This document shows positions 28,077 through 38,200 of a stretch of 64,000 bases of DNA, piece by piece; the stretch's first letter is position 1, and every line of letters starts with the position of its first letter. The notes under the pieces are model-generated. The model worked only from the letters and a program-made list of their open reading frames with translations. It did no database searches and was not told the DNA's origin. The DNA comes from an uncultured archaeon (lineage in GTDB: Archaea; Aenigmatarchaeota; Aenigmatarchaeia; QMZP01; JACQNV01): assembly GCA_964410585.1 (NCBI GenBank), contig CAYPFW010000001.1, positions 320,001-384,000 on the forward strand, read 5' to 3'. A program made the position numbers and the translations under genes.

Positions 28077-29809
28077 ACAACAACATCTTTTTCATCCACC
28101 ATTTTCCCAAATTCTGCTCTAAGTTTTAAATTGCCTTTTACATTTGTTCTGATAAAACAATAGAATTTTGTTTTGTCGAGTTCGCACTGCAAAATTTCTG
28201 ATTGTCCAGACGCGCTCAAAGTGACGTTTGCGGGTATTGGCAAATCTCCAGACTTTGTTTCACCAACCACAACAACATCATCTGGGTAAATGAAATACCT
28301 ATAATTTCCAACCTCGAACTCTGTTTGTTGGTTTTTGATAACTTCCACGTTTTCTATACTTATTTCTTTCATCCAATTTGGCACAATCTCTTCCACATTT
28401 TTATCAATAACATCGACGATGTTATCTTTATCATAATCTCTCCAACCCATTTCAGCTGCACAACCACCTAAAACTCTGTCGTTTAGATTTCTTCCAACAT
28501 TTATGCCAAGCAGATCACCAGATATCCATTGTGATGCAACAAGCAAGTTGTTGTTCCATCTACTGTTTCCCAAATGTTGGAATCCATATACGTCTTCGCA
28601 TCCAAAACCATGTGCTAGCTCATGTGCTATACTTACATCATCAAAGTTGTTTGCACTCAGTGCTATGAACCCACCAAAGTAATACAATCCTCCTGTGAAT
28701 CCACCAAGCTCTGTTGTTTCAAGTTCAGGAAGAACAGCTAAAATAAAATCTGCGTTTGGGAACTTTTGTTCCAGTTGTCTCTTTAGGTCAGTCTCATCCC
28801 TATAACTTACATCCAAATGTCCCCTAAATTCGAAGTTTAGGTTCATCATATCTTTTGATAAAAGCCTTGCAGATTCCCTATCATACCATTCTGAGACTTT
28901 TCTTCCTAAAGACAAATAGTATGTTTCATTGTACCTGTATTCTGGTTTCAAATTTACAGTCACAAAAACAGCTGTTTTATTTCCTAGAGCTAGGACATCT
29001 CTTTCCCTTATATTTTTGATCAAATTGTCAATGCACGTCTTCCCTATCACACATTCTCCTTGAGGATAAAAAACATCATTGTAGCACACACCTTCATAGT
29101 TCCAAAATTTGTTTCCGCATTTTTTTGCTGTTTTTGGATCATAAACATAAGCAGACCAGAAAACATCGTCTTCTGAACCAAAATTAATATTAATTGTCGA
29201 TTTTTCCAAATCAAAGTTTGTAGAATCGCTTACATCTGTTCCCTTTACTTGAACTAAAACTTCTTTCCTCTCACCAGGTTTTAGGTTTAGAGAAATATTT
29301 TTTAAAACATTTCCAGAATTATAAACCTCCAAGCCATACAAAGAAACCTCTGGGTTTAGTAGAAGATCTTTTTTCCCATTGTTTACAAAAACAATTTTTC
29401 CTCCTATCAGTTTATCTTTTTCCAAAAATTTTGGAATTTCAAATAGGACAGATAAAGATAGTCCTGAAATCGATTTTTCACAAAGTCCGGGAACTGCGCA
29501 TAAGAAGCCTTCTTTTTTGCAGTCGTTTTCTTCAGCGCAGTTGAATTGACCAAATTCTTGCGTTCTTGGTTGAACCAAAATATCGTTTTTACATGTTGTG
29601 CCTTTTGGCAAATTGGAATACAACAAGCCACCACAAACAACATCTACTGTATCTAATTTTCCTATTCTTTCGTCTACATCCGGGAAAAAAGGCTCTATTG
29701 TTTGGTTTTGAACAACAAAACCTGTCAAGTCTGCATTGTTGTAAACATACAAACTAGCCAAAGCTACCAAAACTAAGGTTAAAATGTACAGGATTTTTAA
29801 CTCTCTCAT
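28073..29809 (-). CDS. Membrane-anchored zinc metallopeptidase-like protein, paralog of 25277-27370
   Basis: HELAHGFGCED; shares WYDRE and CAAEMGW.D.D.DNI.D with the paralog; N-terminal TM followed by TGFVV. Confidence 0.65.
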   Translation of the reverse strand: MRELKILYILTLVLVALASLYVYNNADLTGFVVQNQTIEPFFPDVDERIGKLDTVDVVCGGLLYSNLPKGTTCKNDILVQPRTQEFGQFNCAEENDCKKEGFLCAVPGLCEKSISGLSLSVLFEIPKFLEKDKLIGGKIVFVNNGKKDLLLNPEVSLYGLEVYNSGNVLKNISLNLKPGERKEVLVQVKGTDVSDSTNFDLEKSTININFGSEDDVFWSAYVYDPKTAKKCGNKFWNYEGVCYNDVFYPQGECVIGKTCIDNLIKNIRERDVLALGNKTAVFVTVNLKPEYRYNETYYLSLGRKVSEWYDRESARLLSKDMMNLNFEFRGHLDVSYRDETDLKRQLEQKFPNADFILAVLPELETTELGGFTGGLYYFGGFIALSANNFDDVSIAHELAHGFGCEDVYGFQHLGNSRWNNNLLVASQWISGDLLGINVGRNLNDRVLGGCAAEMGWRDYDKDNIVDVIDKNVEEIVPNWMKEISIENVEVIKNQQTEFEVGNYRYFIYPDDVVVVGETKSGDLPIPANVTLSASGQSEILQCELDKTKFYCFIRTNVKGNLKLRAEFGKMVDEKDVVV

Positions 29810-29909
29810 AGGAAACCTACGGTTTCTCTAACCTTCCCTTTATTTTACATCTACTCATTATATTATACACATATGCCTTTATAAAGTAGTTATTTATAAG
29901 TAGTTACAT

Positions 29910-30398
29910 ATGGAACAGGATCAAATAGAAGAAAGAATATTTCAGATACGTCTCTTTAGTCCTAGAGAAAACTATGTTAGATATCCAGGATTTACAGTAG
30001 CTAGGGGAAATATGTACAGTCCTGGATATAGAGATTGCTGTGGTGCTGTCCTGCTAGGTCCTAGTGCGAGCGCAATAACACACTACGACTGGATGAATGG
30101 TTTCAATAGCACCCCACCAGAAGTCTATATTCCAAGGGTGCTAGAAGAATTATCCAAACTAACTGACCTAAGACTAAAAGCAGCAGCCATAGGAGGCAAC
30201 AGAAAACATTTTAACCGTTTAATAGAAATTCTAGAAAAAGAAAAAATACCAGTAGTGGGTACATATTGTGATGGTTGGGGATCATTTGGAGAAAATGGTG
30301 AAGAAAACGAATTAAGCGAAAAAACAATTGCTCTCGACGCAGAAAATAATTACGTTTTTCTTGCAAGACAAGGACTAAGCAACATTCAACTTTTGTAG
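29910..30398 (+). CDS. Putative CheD-like cysteine deamidase-fold protein
   Basis: G..DCCGAVL...ITH and LKAAAIGG resemble the CheD Cys-His dyad and AK.FGG strand. Confidence 0.4.
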   Translation: MEQDQIEERIFQIRLFSPRENYVRYPGFTVARGNMYSPGYRDCCGAVLLGPSASAITHYDWMNGFNSTPPEVYIPRVLEELSKLTDLRLKAAAIGGNRKHFNRLIEILEKEKIPVVGTYCDGWGSFGENGEENELSEKTIALDAENNYVFLARQGLSNIQLL

Positions 30399-30400
30399 TT

Positions 30401-32593
30401 TTATTCCTCGGACTCTTCCTCTTTTCCAGTTATTCCTTTTCTTGTTCTGATTTTTGCGACAACGTCTGCTTCTATGCTTTTTGGAACAGGCTCATAGACG
30501 ATGTCAACCATCCAGAAAAATCCTCTTCCGCTTGTTGATGATTTTAAAGAAGAATTAAAACCAAACATTTCTGCAACTGGGATTTTTGCTTTCAAAATTG
30601 TTGCGCCTCTTTCATCTTTCATGTCAATTACTTGTCCTCTTCTGTTTTGAACCTCTTTCAATGCGCCTCCAATTTGTTCAGTTGGTACGTCGATTCTGAC
30701 AATCTGTTTAGGCTCCATGATAAATGCTGCGCCTTTAACCATTGCATCTCTACATCCTGCTCTTATAGGTGGAATAACCTGCGCAGGCCCTCTGTGAATA
30801 GCATCCTCGTGCAAAGCTGCATCCACCAAACTTATTTTCACACCAGTGCAAGGCTCCCTTGCCAATGGACCCTCCTTCATTGCTTCTGTGAAAGCTTCCT
30901 TAACCATTTCCATGATTTCCAAAATAGCTGACACTCCTGTTGTTGCATCAACTAAAATATTTTTATTGAAAATAATTTTGATGCTTTTTGCCTCGTCTCT
31001 GTTCATTCCATTAGCTACCAAAGTTTCAACAAGCTCTTGGTCTTTTCTTTTGATTTCTACATCCTTTATTTTCCCTTCAACCATTGCTTGGTGAATTTGT
31101 TGGCCAACAGGAGATGCAATCATGTAGAACCTATTGTGCTTGTTTGGTGACTTTGCTTCAACTGCTTGAGGACTTGTGCTTGCAACAGACTCGTGGTAAA
31201 TCACTATAGGCGGCGATACTTCAACGTCTATTCCTGCATCCTTCAAAGGCCTTTCTATCTTAGCATCTATGTGAAGTTCTCCTAATCCAGAAACTAAATA
31301 TTCTCCTGTCTCCTCGTTTATATTAACCCTCAAAGTTGGGTCTTCTCTCGAGACTTTCCTCAAAATTTGGATGAATTTTTCCAAGTCTTTTGGTTTTTTA
31401 GGCTCAATTGATTTTGTGACAACTGGCTCGAACAAATGTTGGATAGCTTCGAAACCTGGAATTGGTGAATCAGGATCACAAAGTGTCTCACCTGAATAAG
31501 CATCTGTCAAACCAACAATACCAACAATGTTTCCTGCTTTTACTTCCTCCATCGGTATCCTTTGGTTTCCCTTGTAAACAGCTACTTGCTGTACTTTCTG
31601 CTTTTTGCTTTGGCCAACTAACCAAACTTCTTGGCCAACTTTAACCGAACCTGAAAATATCCTAACAGTCGCAACAAAACCAGCATGAGGATCTGTATAA
31701 ATTTTTGTGACAACGCCAACAAGCTTTCCTTTTGGATCTGCATTCATCATTGTTTTTCCAACTTCTGATTCGACTTCACCTGACCAAATTTTTGGTATCC
31801 TGTATTTTTGAGCATCCAAAGGATTTGGCAAGTGTTTGACAACCATGTCCAAAATAGATTCGTGCAAAGGCGCTTTTTCAGCAAGCTCTTTGACCCTTCC
31901 TTCTTCTATGAATTTTTTAACATCGCCAAAAGTAATATTTTTCTTCTGCATCATTGTTATTGAAATTCCCCATCTTTGTTTTGCAGAACCAAAAGCAACA
32001 GAGCCATTATGAACAGAGACAGTCCACTTTTCCTTGTATTGTTCCTCAACATACTTGCTAATCAATTCATTTACTTCAAAAATAATTTTTGTAAACTGGT
32101 CCTGCATTTGCTTAGGATCCAATCTTAGTTCACCAATCAGTCTGTCTGATTTATTGATAAATAGAACTGGTTTTACTCTTTCTTTTAGAGCCTGACGTAT
32201 AACTGTTTCTGTCTGCGGCATGCAGCCTTCAACAGCATCGACAACTATAACTGCTCCATCCACAGCTCTCATCGCGCGGGTGACATCGCCCCCGAAATCA
32301 ACGTGTCCAGGAGTGTCTATCAGGTTAATCAAAAATTCCTTCCCTTCAACTTCATGAACCATCGAAGCATTTGCAGCGAAAATTGTGATTCCCCTTTCAG
32401 CTTCCTGTGGATCAAAATCCATGAATTGTATTTTTCCAGCAAGCTCAGTTGAAATCATTCCAGCACCAGCAAGAAGGTTATCGCTTAATGTGGTTTTACC
32501 ATGGTCAATGTGGGCGACTATACCCATGTTTCTTATCTGATCTGGTTTTCCTTGCAAATCTTTGATTGTTTCTGCAATATCTTTTTTAGCCAT
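30401..32593 (-). CDS. fusA: Elongation factor 2 (aEF-2)
   Basis: AHIDHGKT, RGITI, DTPGHVDF, and the DAIHRGPAQ diphthamide loop. Confidence 0.97.
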   Translation of the reverse strand: MAKKDIAETIKDLQGKPDQIRNMGIVAHIDHGKTTLSDNLLAGAGMISTELAGKIQFMDFDPQEAERGITIFAANASMVHEVEGKEFLINLIDTPGHVDFGGDVTRAMRAVDGAVIVVDAVEGCMPQTETVIRQALKERVKPVLFINKSDRLIGELRLDPKQMQDQFTKIIFEVNELISKYVEEQYKEKWTVSVHNGSVAFGSAKQRWGISITMMQKKNITFGDVKKFIEEGRVKELAEKAPLHESILDMVVKHLPNPLDAQKYRIPKIWSGEVESEVGKTMMNADPKGKLVGVVTKIYTDPHAGFVATVRIFSGSVKVGQEVWLVGQSKKQKVQQVAVYKGNQRIPMEEVKAGNIVGIVGLTDAYSGETLCDPDSPIPGFEAIQHLFEPVVTKSIEPKKPKDLEKFIQILRKVSREDPTLRVNINEETGEYLVSGLGELHIDAKIERPLKDAGIDVEVSPPIVIYHESVASTSPQAVEAKSPNKHNRFYMIASPVGQQIHQAMVEGKIKDVEIKRKDQELVETLVANGMNRDEAKSIKIIFNKNILVDATTGVSAILEIMEMVKEAFTEAMKEGPLAREPCTGVKISLVDAALHEDAIHRGPAQVIPPIRAGCRDAMVKGAAFIMEPKQIVRIDVPTEQIGGALKEVQNRRGQVIDMKDERGATILKAKIPVAEMFGFNSSLKSSTSGRGFFWMVDIVYEPVPKSIEADVVAKIRTRKGITGKEEESEE

Positions 32594-32655
32594 AAAATTA
32601 GTTGGCCTCCAAAAAACGATAGTATAATAGGACTAAATAGATATAAATATATTGC

Positions 32656-33261
32656 TTATCTTGAGCTTTCTGCTTCTTTTTCAAGCCTCTGTCGCTCTCT
32701 CACTGCATGTGATTTTACATCGTTGTTCGATGCTGCAATTAGCTCTGTAGCTATAACTTCGGGCAATTTGTTTTTAGAACCAAAAGTAGATTTGTAAATT
32801 CCTTGTGTCAAATTCCTTAAAGCAGAATCAACCCTTCTTTGCGGCGCTGTAACAACAGCTTTTCTTGCAATCATTCCACCAACTCTATATCCTGTGACCT
32901 CTTCATATGTTGCAGAATTAACAACAGCATCAACAAAAACTTGCATTGGGTTTTTCTTTGTCCTTTGTTCAATAAGAGCGAAAGCCTTTTTTGTTGCAGA
33001 AAACAACATTTGGGTTTGACCAACGCAGTGACCGCTGTTGATTTTGTGTCTTTTTCCTCTGTGTCCTGGAACCATCAGCTTGTTCATGAATCTTTCAACT
33101 ATTGACATTTGATTTCTTTTGAATTGCACGCCCGCGAACTTTCCACCAGATCTAGGAACAACAACAGGAGCAAGATTAATGTATCTAAGCAAACCTGGAT
33201 CATTTACTTCTATTCCTTCTGTGTCCCATCTGTTGAACAACATTGGTTTTCCAGCTTCCAT
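32656..33261 (-). CDS. rps7: 30S ribosomal protein S7 (uS7)
   Basis: DPGL..YI, IVER..NKLM, NP.QV and PQRRVD motifs. Confidence 0.96.
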   Translation of the reverse strand: MEAGKPMLFNRWDTEGIEVNDPGLLRYINLAPVVVPRSGGKFAGVQFKRNQMSIVERFMNKLMVPGHRGKRHKINSGHCVGQTQMLFSATKKAFALIEQRTKKNPMQVFVDAVVNSATYEEVTGYRVGGMIARKAVVTAPQRRVDSALRNLTQGIYKSTFGSKNKLPEVIATELIAASNNDVKSHAVRERQRLEKEAESSR

Positions 33262-33275
33262 AATGAAATTAATAG

Positions 33276-33358
33276 TGGAAGGCGTTTAAAAATTTCCGAA
33301 TCGAAATGAGGAAATTTTTAGCCTCCCTTTTTGATTAACCTTTTTAGAAAAAAGGTTA
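33276..33358 (+). repeat. Dispersed repeat family B, between rps12 and rps7
   Basis: TGGAAGGCG..AAAATTTC..GAAATTTTAGCCTCC..TAACCTTTTT AG AAAAAAGGTTA. Confidence 0.88.
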
Positions 33359-33778
33359 CTGTTTTGGTTTCTCTTTCTTTCCTTTTAATAGTTCTGAAAG
33401 CGACACACCTTTAACACCAACAACTTTGTATTTCAAACCGTGCTGCGAACCAATTGCACCACCTTGAGATCCACCAATACCTTCTAAAGTGACTTCGTCG
33501 TGCTCATCTATAAACTTGATTGCATTTGTCCCAGGAACAAAAGCTGTAACCGGAATCCCGTTTTTAACAAGCTGTACTCTAACACATTTGATAATTCCTG
33601 AGTGGGGTTGTTTCTGCTCAACACCTTTTTTCTTCAGAACAATGCCTCTTCCAGCTGGCGCACCTTTCAAAGGAGTAAGCTTCCAATATTTTCCTAGCTT
33701 TTCCTTTTTTGATCTAGAATACCACCTATACTTTTTCCTTTTCTTCTTCAAATTTCGCCCTGAAAATTCACCTGGAAT
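33356..33778 (-). CDS. rps12: 30S ribosomal protein S12 (uS12), probable ATT start
   Basis: KCVRVQL.KNG and [14 protein letters not shown] motifs. Homology extends upstream of the track start to (I)[13 protein letters not shown]. Confidence 0.95.
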   Translation of the reverse strand: MPGEFSGRNLKKKRKKYRWYSRSKKEKLGKYWKLTPLKGAPAGRGIVLKKKGVEQKQPHSGIIKCVRVQLVKNGIPVTAFVPGTNAIKFIDEHDEVTLEGIGGSQGGAIGSQHGLKYKVVGVKGVSLSELLKGKKEKPKQ

Positions 33779-33862
33779 AAATATACCTCACTATTGATTT
33801 GATGTAGTTTTTTGTTTTAGGTGTTTATAAATTAATATACACGCGAATATAAACCATTTAAT

Positions 33863-34381
33863 ATGATAATCGTTCTCCGCTTAGAGCACCGACCATTCAG
33901 GGATCAAAGAATATCGACACACTGCGGGCTTGTTTCTAGGGCGCTTGGCGCATCCAAAATCATTTATACAGGTCTGAAAGACGATCACTTTGAAAATTCG
34001 ATCCGTGGGGTTGTCGGAAACTTCGGCGGAAAGTTTGAAATTGAATTTTCAGACAGCTGGCGCAAAGTTTTCACTGAATACAAAAAGAAAAAATTCAAGA
34101 TCGTGCACCTGACAATGTATGGCTTGGAAATACAAAAAGAAATAAAAAAATTAAGGAAAATAAAAAACATTTTATTGGTTGTTGGCGGAGAAAAAGTCCC
34201 TCCTCAAGTTTACCATGAAGCTGACTTCAACATTTCAGTGACAAATCAACCGCACTCAGAAGTTGCTGGTTTAGCGGTTTTTTTACACGAATATTTTGGC
34301 GGAAAAGAACTCGAAAAAAAATTCAAAGGAAGACTCACAGTTATCCCACAGGAAAGGGGAAAGAAGGTTGAAGGGAAATGA
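33863..34381 (+). CDS. trm56: tRNA (cytidine56-2'-O)-methyltransferase aTrm56
   Basis: LRLEHR..RD.R..TH, VHLTMYG, GGEKVP and NQPHSEV motifs. Confidence 0.95.
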   Translation: MIIVLRLEHRPFRDQRISTHCGLVSRALGASKIIYTGLKDDHFENSIRGVVGNFGGKFEIEFSDSWRKVFTEYKKKKFKIVHLTMYGLEIQKEIKKLRKIKNILLVVGGEKVPPQVYHEADFNISVTNQPHSEVAGLAVFLHEYFGGKELEKKFKGRLTVIPQERGKKVEGK

Positions 34382-34986
34382 TAAAAATTCATCTTACAAG
34401 AACACAGTACTTTATTTTGTCAGTTGTAAGTTTAGTTCTACTTATTTCTAACTTTTTACTTGCCCTCATGTTCCCTTCTGAAAATGTCAAATTTATTTTC
34501 GACACAGCCGTTGTTCTTTTTTTAGTAGAATTTTTGACAATAGTCTTTTCTTTCTATTTTACAAAACCAACGAAAACAAGAAAAGAGAGGAGACAACTAT
34601 TTTTAATATTGATTCTGGCTTCTATTTGTATTGTATTTATCGGTATAGCTAGCCAAACATTAATTCCACCAATTTTCTTTGTAATAAGTCTATTCAGTAA
34701 ATTTTCTCAAAATAAAGCAAGTGAAAACCCACATATTCTTGTTTTCTATATTGTTCTTGTACTTCTAACAGTTAGTGCGGCAGCCTTAACAGAATCGTTC
34801 TGGGTTTCAACTTTCCCAATAGATCAGGAAATAGTTCTTGAAAACGTACCAATAACAACAAGCAGTAAAAGGATGCTGCCCCCTCAAGTTTTGCTTGCTT
34901 GGGGAGTTCTTTACTATACAACGCTTTTAGTTATTAATGTTGTATATTTTTTAAGAAAAAATCGAAAAATCAGAACTAAAAAATGA
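34378..34986 (+). CDS. Hypothetical multi-pass membrane protein
   Basis: About 6 hydrophobic segments. Confidence 0.6.
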   Translation: MIKIHLTRTQYFILSVVSLVLLISNFLLALMFPSENVKFIFDTAVVLFLVEFLTIVFSFYFTKPTKTRKERRQLFLILILASICIVFIGIASQTLIPPIFFVISLFSKFSQNKASENPHILVFYIVLVLLTVSAAALTESFWVSTFPIDQEIVLENVPITTSSKRMLPPQVLLAWGVLYYTTLLVINVVYFLRKNRKIRTKK

Positions 34987-34990
34987 TTAT

Positions 34991-36064
34991 TTACATCCCA
35001 ATCTGAATAAGCTCGCCTTGCTCTTCTTCTGATGAGCAACAAGAATCTATTTTTTGCATCTCTTTTTTCTGGAAATTTAAAACCTCCCTTTGCGAAGGTA
35101 TTGGATGATTGTCATGATCCCAATCGAAAACAAGCTTTCTGTCTTCTCTATCTTTTCTTGAAGCCAAAACAACCCTACTGTTTGCTTTTTCATCCACAAT
35201 ATGCGCGCCAAGTTTTTTGCAAAGCTGTTCTGCAAACTCTTTTATTTCTACATGTGTTGGCATTTGTTGATAGGCTAGCCTATATCTTGCATAACCGACA
35301 GGCATCGCGGCCTTAAATTCAATCCAATCAAAATCTATATCCTTCAAAAGCTCAGCATAACCTTCGATATGAAGCATATTCAAGTTTTTAGCCAATGTTA
35401 ACCGCACAACTGACCTATTGAATTTTCCAAGAAGCTTTAGGGATTCTTTTATTTTTGGCCAAGTGTTTGGTGTCAAAGGCTTGCAAGCCTCTTCATATGT
35501 TTTTTCATCTGGTGCAGGCACAGTTATGTAGACTTGTGTCGGTTGGTGTCCATTCAAAAGTTTTTCCAACATCCTTGGGAAGGTTCCGTTTGTCACTAAA
35601 AATGAAGTCATTCCGCGAGAATGTATTTCATCTATCAGTTCTGGGAGTTTTGGATACATACATGCATCACCTGTCAAAGATAAGGCGACATGCTTTGGTT
35701 TCATTGATTCATCCAACCTTTCTTTATGCACTCTTTCTGCGCCGAAAAAACCAACTAAAAGTTTTTTGTGCTCTTCGATGAAACCATCAACAATCATTTT
35801 TGGATCATCTATTTTTTCAAAAGTCAGAGAAGAATAATTTATATCCCTCCAACACCATTCACATCTCAAGTTGCAATTATCCAAAGTCACAGATGCTTCT
35901 ATACATCTCCAGGACTTTATGTTATAGAAAGTATTTTTGTAGCAGGTATCGTCGCCTCTCACTGCTTTTTTGCACCAGAGACATGTTTTGATAGCTGAGT
36001 GATTGCCAACTAACCTATATCCTTGCTTCATCAATTCCTTTTTCCTGTCAGCTGAAACTACCAT
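34991..36064 (-). CDS. taw1: 4-demethylwyosine synthase Taw1/TYW1 (radical SAM)
   Basis: HSAIKTC.W, CYK..FY.I.S.RC, CNLRCEWCWR and FLVTNG motifs. Confidence 0.95.
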   Translation of the reverse strand: MVVSADRKKELMKQGYRLVGNHSAIKTCLWCKKAVRGDDTCYKNTFYNIKSWRCIEASVTLDNCNLRCEWCWRDINYSSLTFEKIDDPKMIVDGFIEEHKKLLVGFFGAERVHKERLDESMKPKHVALSLTGDACMYPKLPELIDEIHSRGMTSFLVTNGTFPRMLEKLLNGHQPTQVYITVPAPDEKTYEEACKPLTPNTWPKIKESLKLLGKFNRSVVRLTLAKNLNMLHIEGYAELLKDIDFDWIEFKAAMPVGYARYRLAYQQMPTHVEIKEFAEQLCKKLGAHIVDEKANSRVVLASRKDREDRKLVFDWDHDNHPIPSQREVLNFQKKEMQKIDSCCSSEEEQGELIQIGM

Positions 36065-36100
36065 ATCCTTTAAGATATTACTTTGATATATAAATCCTAT

Positions 36101-36154
36101 AGTGTTTTCTTTTTGGTACGGTAGCTTTTTCTTTTTTGAAAAGAAAAAGATAGC
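36101..36154 (-). repeat. Dispersed repeat family A
   Basis: TTTTTGGTACGGTAGCTTTTTCTTTT..AAAAGAAAAAG. Confidence 0.75.
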
Positions 36155-36178
36155 TATTATTCAATAATATAAAGACTT

Positions 36179-36580
36179 ATGATCCATTTGGTGCACGCTG
36201 TTTTCAAAAAAGACAACAAGATTTTCGCAATCAAAAGAAATGATAAACCACTCAAAGGCTTCTACTCTCTTCCAGGGGGAAGGATAGAAAAAGAAACTAA
36301 AGAAGATGCTTTGAAAAGAGAATTAAAGGAAGAACTCGGAATCGATGTCTATGTGGATCAAAAAGATTTTCTTGGGAAAATTTCTTACACTGGAAAAAAT
36401 TTAGACTTCACTGTTTTTTATTTCAAAATAAATTTAGAAGAAAACAAAATCAGTTTAAATAAAAAAGAGATTTCAGGGACAAAATGGCTTTCTATTCCTG
36501 ATTTTTGCGAAAATCTTTTGAAAGCAGGATTGAACAAAGAAAGTGTTAACAGGCTAAACGTTTTATTAAATAGCGCTTAA
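36179..36580 (+). CDS. NUDIX hydrolase
   Basis: PGGRIEKET.EDALKRELKEELG Nudix box. Confidence 0.92.
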   Translation: MIHLVHAVFKKDNKIFAIKRNDKPLKGFYSLPGGRIEKETKEDALKRELKEELGIDVYVDQKDFLGKISYTGKNLDFTVFYFKINLEENKISLNKKEISGTKWLSIPDFCENLLKAGLNKESVNRLNVLLNSA

Positions 36581-36587
36581 TATAGTT

Positions 36588-37253
36588 ATGAAAGTTACAG
36601 CAACACTGATGATTATCAATGTAATCATATTCATACTTCAATCAATAGCACCACAAACCGAGATACACGGCTATCAAATAGATTGGGTAACTGCAAATTT
36701 TGCTTTAATTCCAGCAGATGCCTTCTCAGGAAGTGTTTGGCAGTTTTTCACCTATATGTTTTTGCACGGTGGGATCACACATATTTTTGTTAACATGTTT
36801 GTCTTGCTGATTTTTGGATCTCAGTTAGAAAGGGCTCTGGGGAGAAAAAAGTTTTTGATGCTTTATTTAATAGCTGGAGTAGGCTCTGGATTTTTCTATA
36901 TCCTTCTCAGTTATATTTTCACTCCAGCAGCATTTGCTTTAAGGGATTTGATCATTCCAATGATAGGTGCATCTGGATCAATATATGGAGTCATGGCAGG
37001 ATATGGTTTACTTTATCCAAAAAACTGGATAATCATGTTCCCTGGCATACCAATGCCAGCTGGGCTAGCTGTTATTGTTTTTGCAGGCATTGAATTCTTC
37101 TTTGGACTAACTGGTTTTGATTCTGGGGTCGCAAACTTTGGCCATTTGGGCGGTCTTATTTTTGGTTTGGTTTTGGTTTACTGGTGGAAAAAAAGAAAAG
37201 ACAAGGAACTTTTTGATCCAAAAAACAGAGGCTGGGATTTTGTCTGGGAGTGA
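36588..37253 (+). CDS. Rhomboid intramembrane serine protease
   Basis: WQFFTYMFLHG, GASG and HLGG motifs. Confidence 0.95.
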   Translation: MKVTATLMIINVIIFILQSIAPQTEIHGYQIDWVTANFALIPADAFSGSVWQFFTYMFLHGGITHIFVNMFVLLIFGSQLERALGRKKFLMLYLIAGVGSGFFYILLSYIFTPAAFALRDLIIPMIGASGSIYGVMAGYGLLYPKNWIIMFPGIPMPAGLAVIVFAGIEFFFGLTGFDSGVANFGHLGGLIFGLVLVYWWKKRKDKELFDPKNRGWDFVWE

Positions 37254-37334
37254 GCCTTTTTCAAAAAGGCTCAAGCCAAAAGGGAGGCTAAAATTTTGCT
37301 CAGATCGCTTCGCAAAATTTTTAAACGCCTTCCA
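37251..37334 (-). repeat. Dispersed repeat family B
   Basis: TGAGCCTTTTTCAAAAAGGCTCA..GGAGGCTAAAATTTTGC..GCAAAATTTTTAAACGCCTTCCA. Confidence 0.88.
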
Positions 37335-37340
37335 CTAAAA

Positions 37341-38132
37341 CTAAATTTTTACAATATAGTCAACATTAACTCCAGCTTTTCTAAGCTTTTTTAATCCACC
37401 CTTTGACTCATCGACAACCACAGCATAAACGCCAACCACATCGCCACCCGCTTGTCCAATCAATTTTACACCCTCTGTTGCTGTTATTCCAGAAGAAAGA
37501 ATATCTTCGACTATGAGTATTTTTCTTCCTCTTGTTCCTGTTATGCTGGATCTTCTGACTTCCATTGTTCTATGTTTTCCATTTTTATTTATGTAGTCCC
37601 TTTCCACAACATCATCACCAGCAAGCCTTCCCTTCTCATCAGCAATTGGCACATACCTTATCTGCATTGCAAATGAAACTATGCTTGCTATGACAGATCC
37701 TTCACTTCCTATTCCAGCTATTTTGTGCACTCTAGAATGTTTTTCACTTTCCTCAGTTTTTGGCAAATCCAAACTATCTGGCGTGGCATATGGATCTTCA
37801 AATTCAGACAAATACTCCCTTTGTGTTTGCGGACTTATATCAAACCGGCTTGTTATGTCTCTTGCAACAGCGGCTATTGCAACTGGATCTTCTCTTAACC
37901 TGCTTAGGTCATAGGGCCTTTTCCTTCTCCTTCTATTAACCATAATATATCTTTCCATGAACTGCTCAGGAGTTAACCTAAGAGGTGGAGCATTTCCACC
38001 TTTAAAATCAGAAATAACATCCACAACTTGCGCCATAGCTTCTGGATCTTCTAAAAGAAGCGAAAGATCTGTATAACTCCCAACTTCCCTTAGATATCTT
38101 TTTCTAAAATCTCCCCCATCAAAAATTATCAT
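37341..38132 (-). CDS. Phosphoribosyltransferase (APRT/OPRT-like) with N-terminal extension
   Basis: ILIVEDILSSG PRPP loop and AGIGSEG. Confidence 0.78.
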   Translation of the reverse strand: MIIFDGGDFRKRYLREVGSYTDLSLLLEDPEAMAQVVDVISDFKGGNAPPLRLTPEQFMERYIMVNRRRRKRPYDLSRLREDPVAIAAVARDITSRFDISPQTQREYLSEFEDPYATPDSLDLPKTEESEKHSRVHKIAGIGSEGSVIASIVSFAMQIRYVPIADEKGRLAGDDVVERDYINKNGKHRTMEVRRSSITGTRGRKILIVEDILSSGITATEGVKLIGQAGGDVVGVYAVVVDESKGGLKKLRKAGVNVDYIVKI

Positions 38133-38200
38133 TCATTTTTTTGTTGTTAAGAAATTTAAAAGCTTCGATAGGAATAAAAAACTTACTGCTAATTTAGAGT

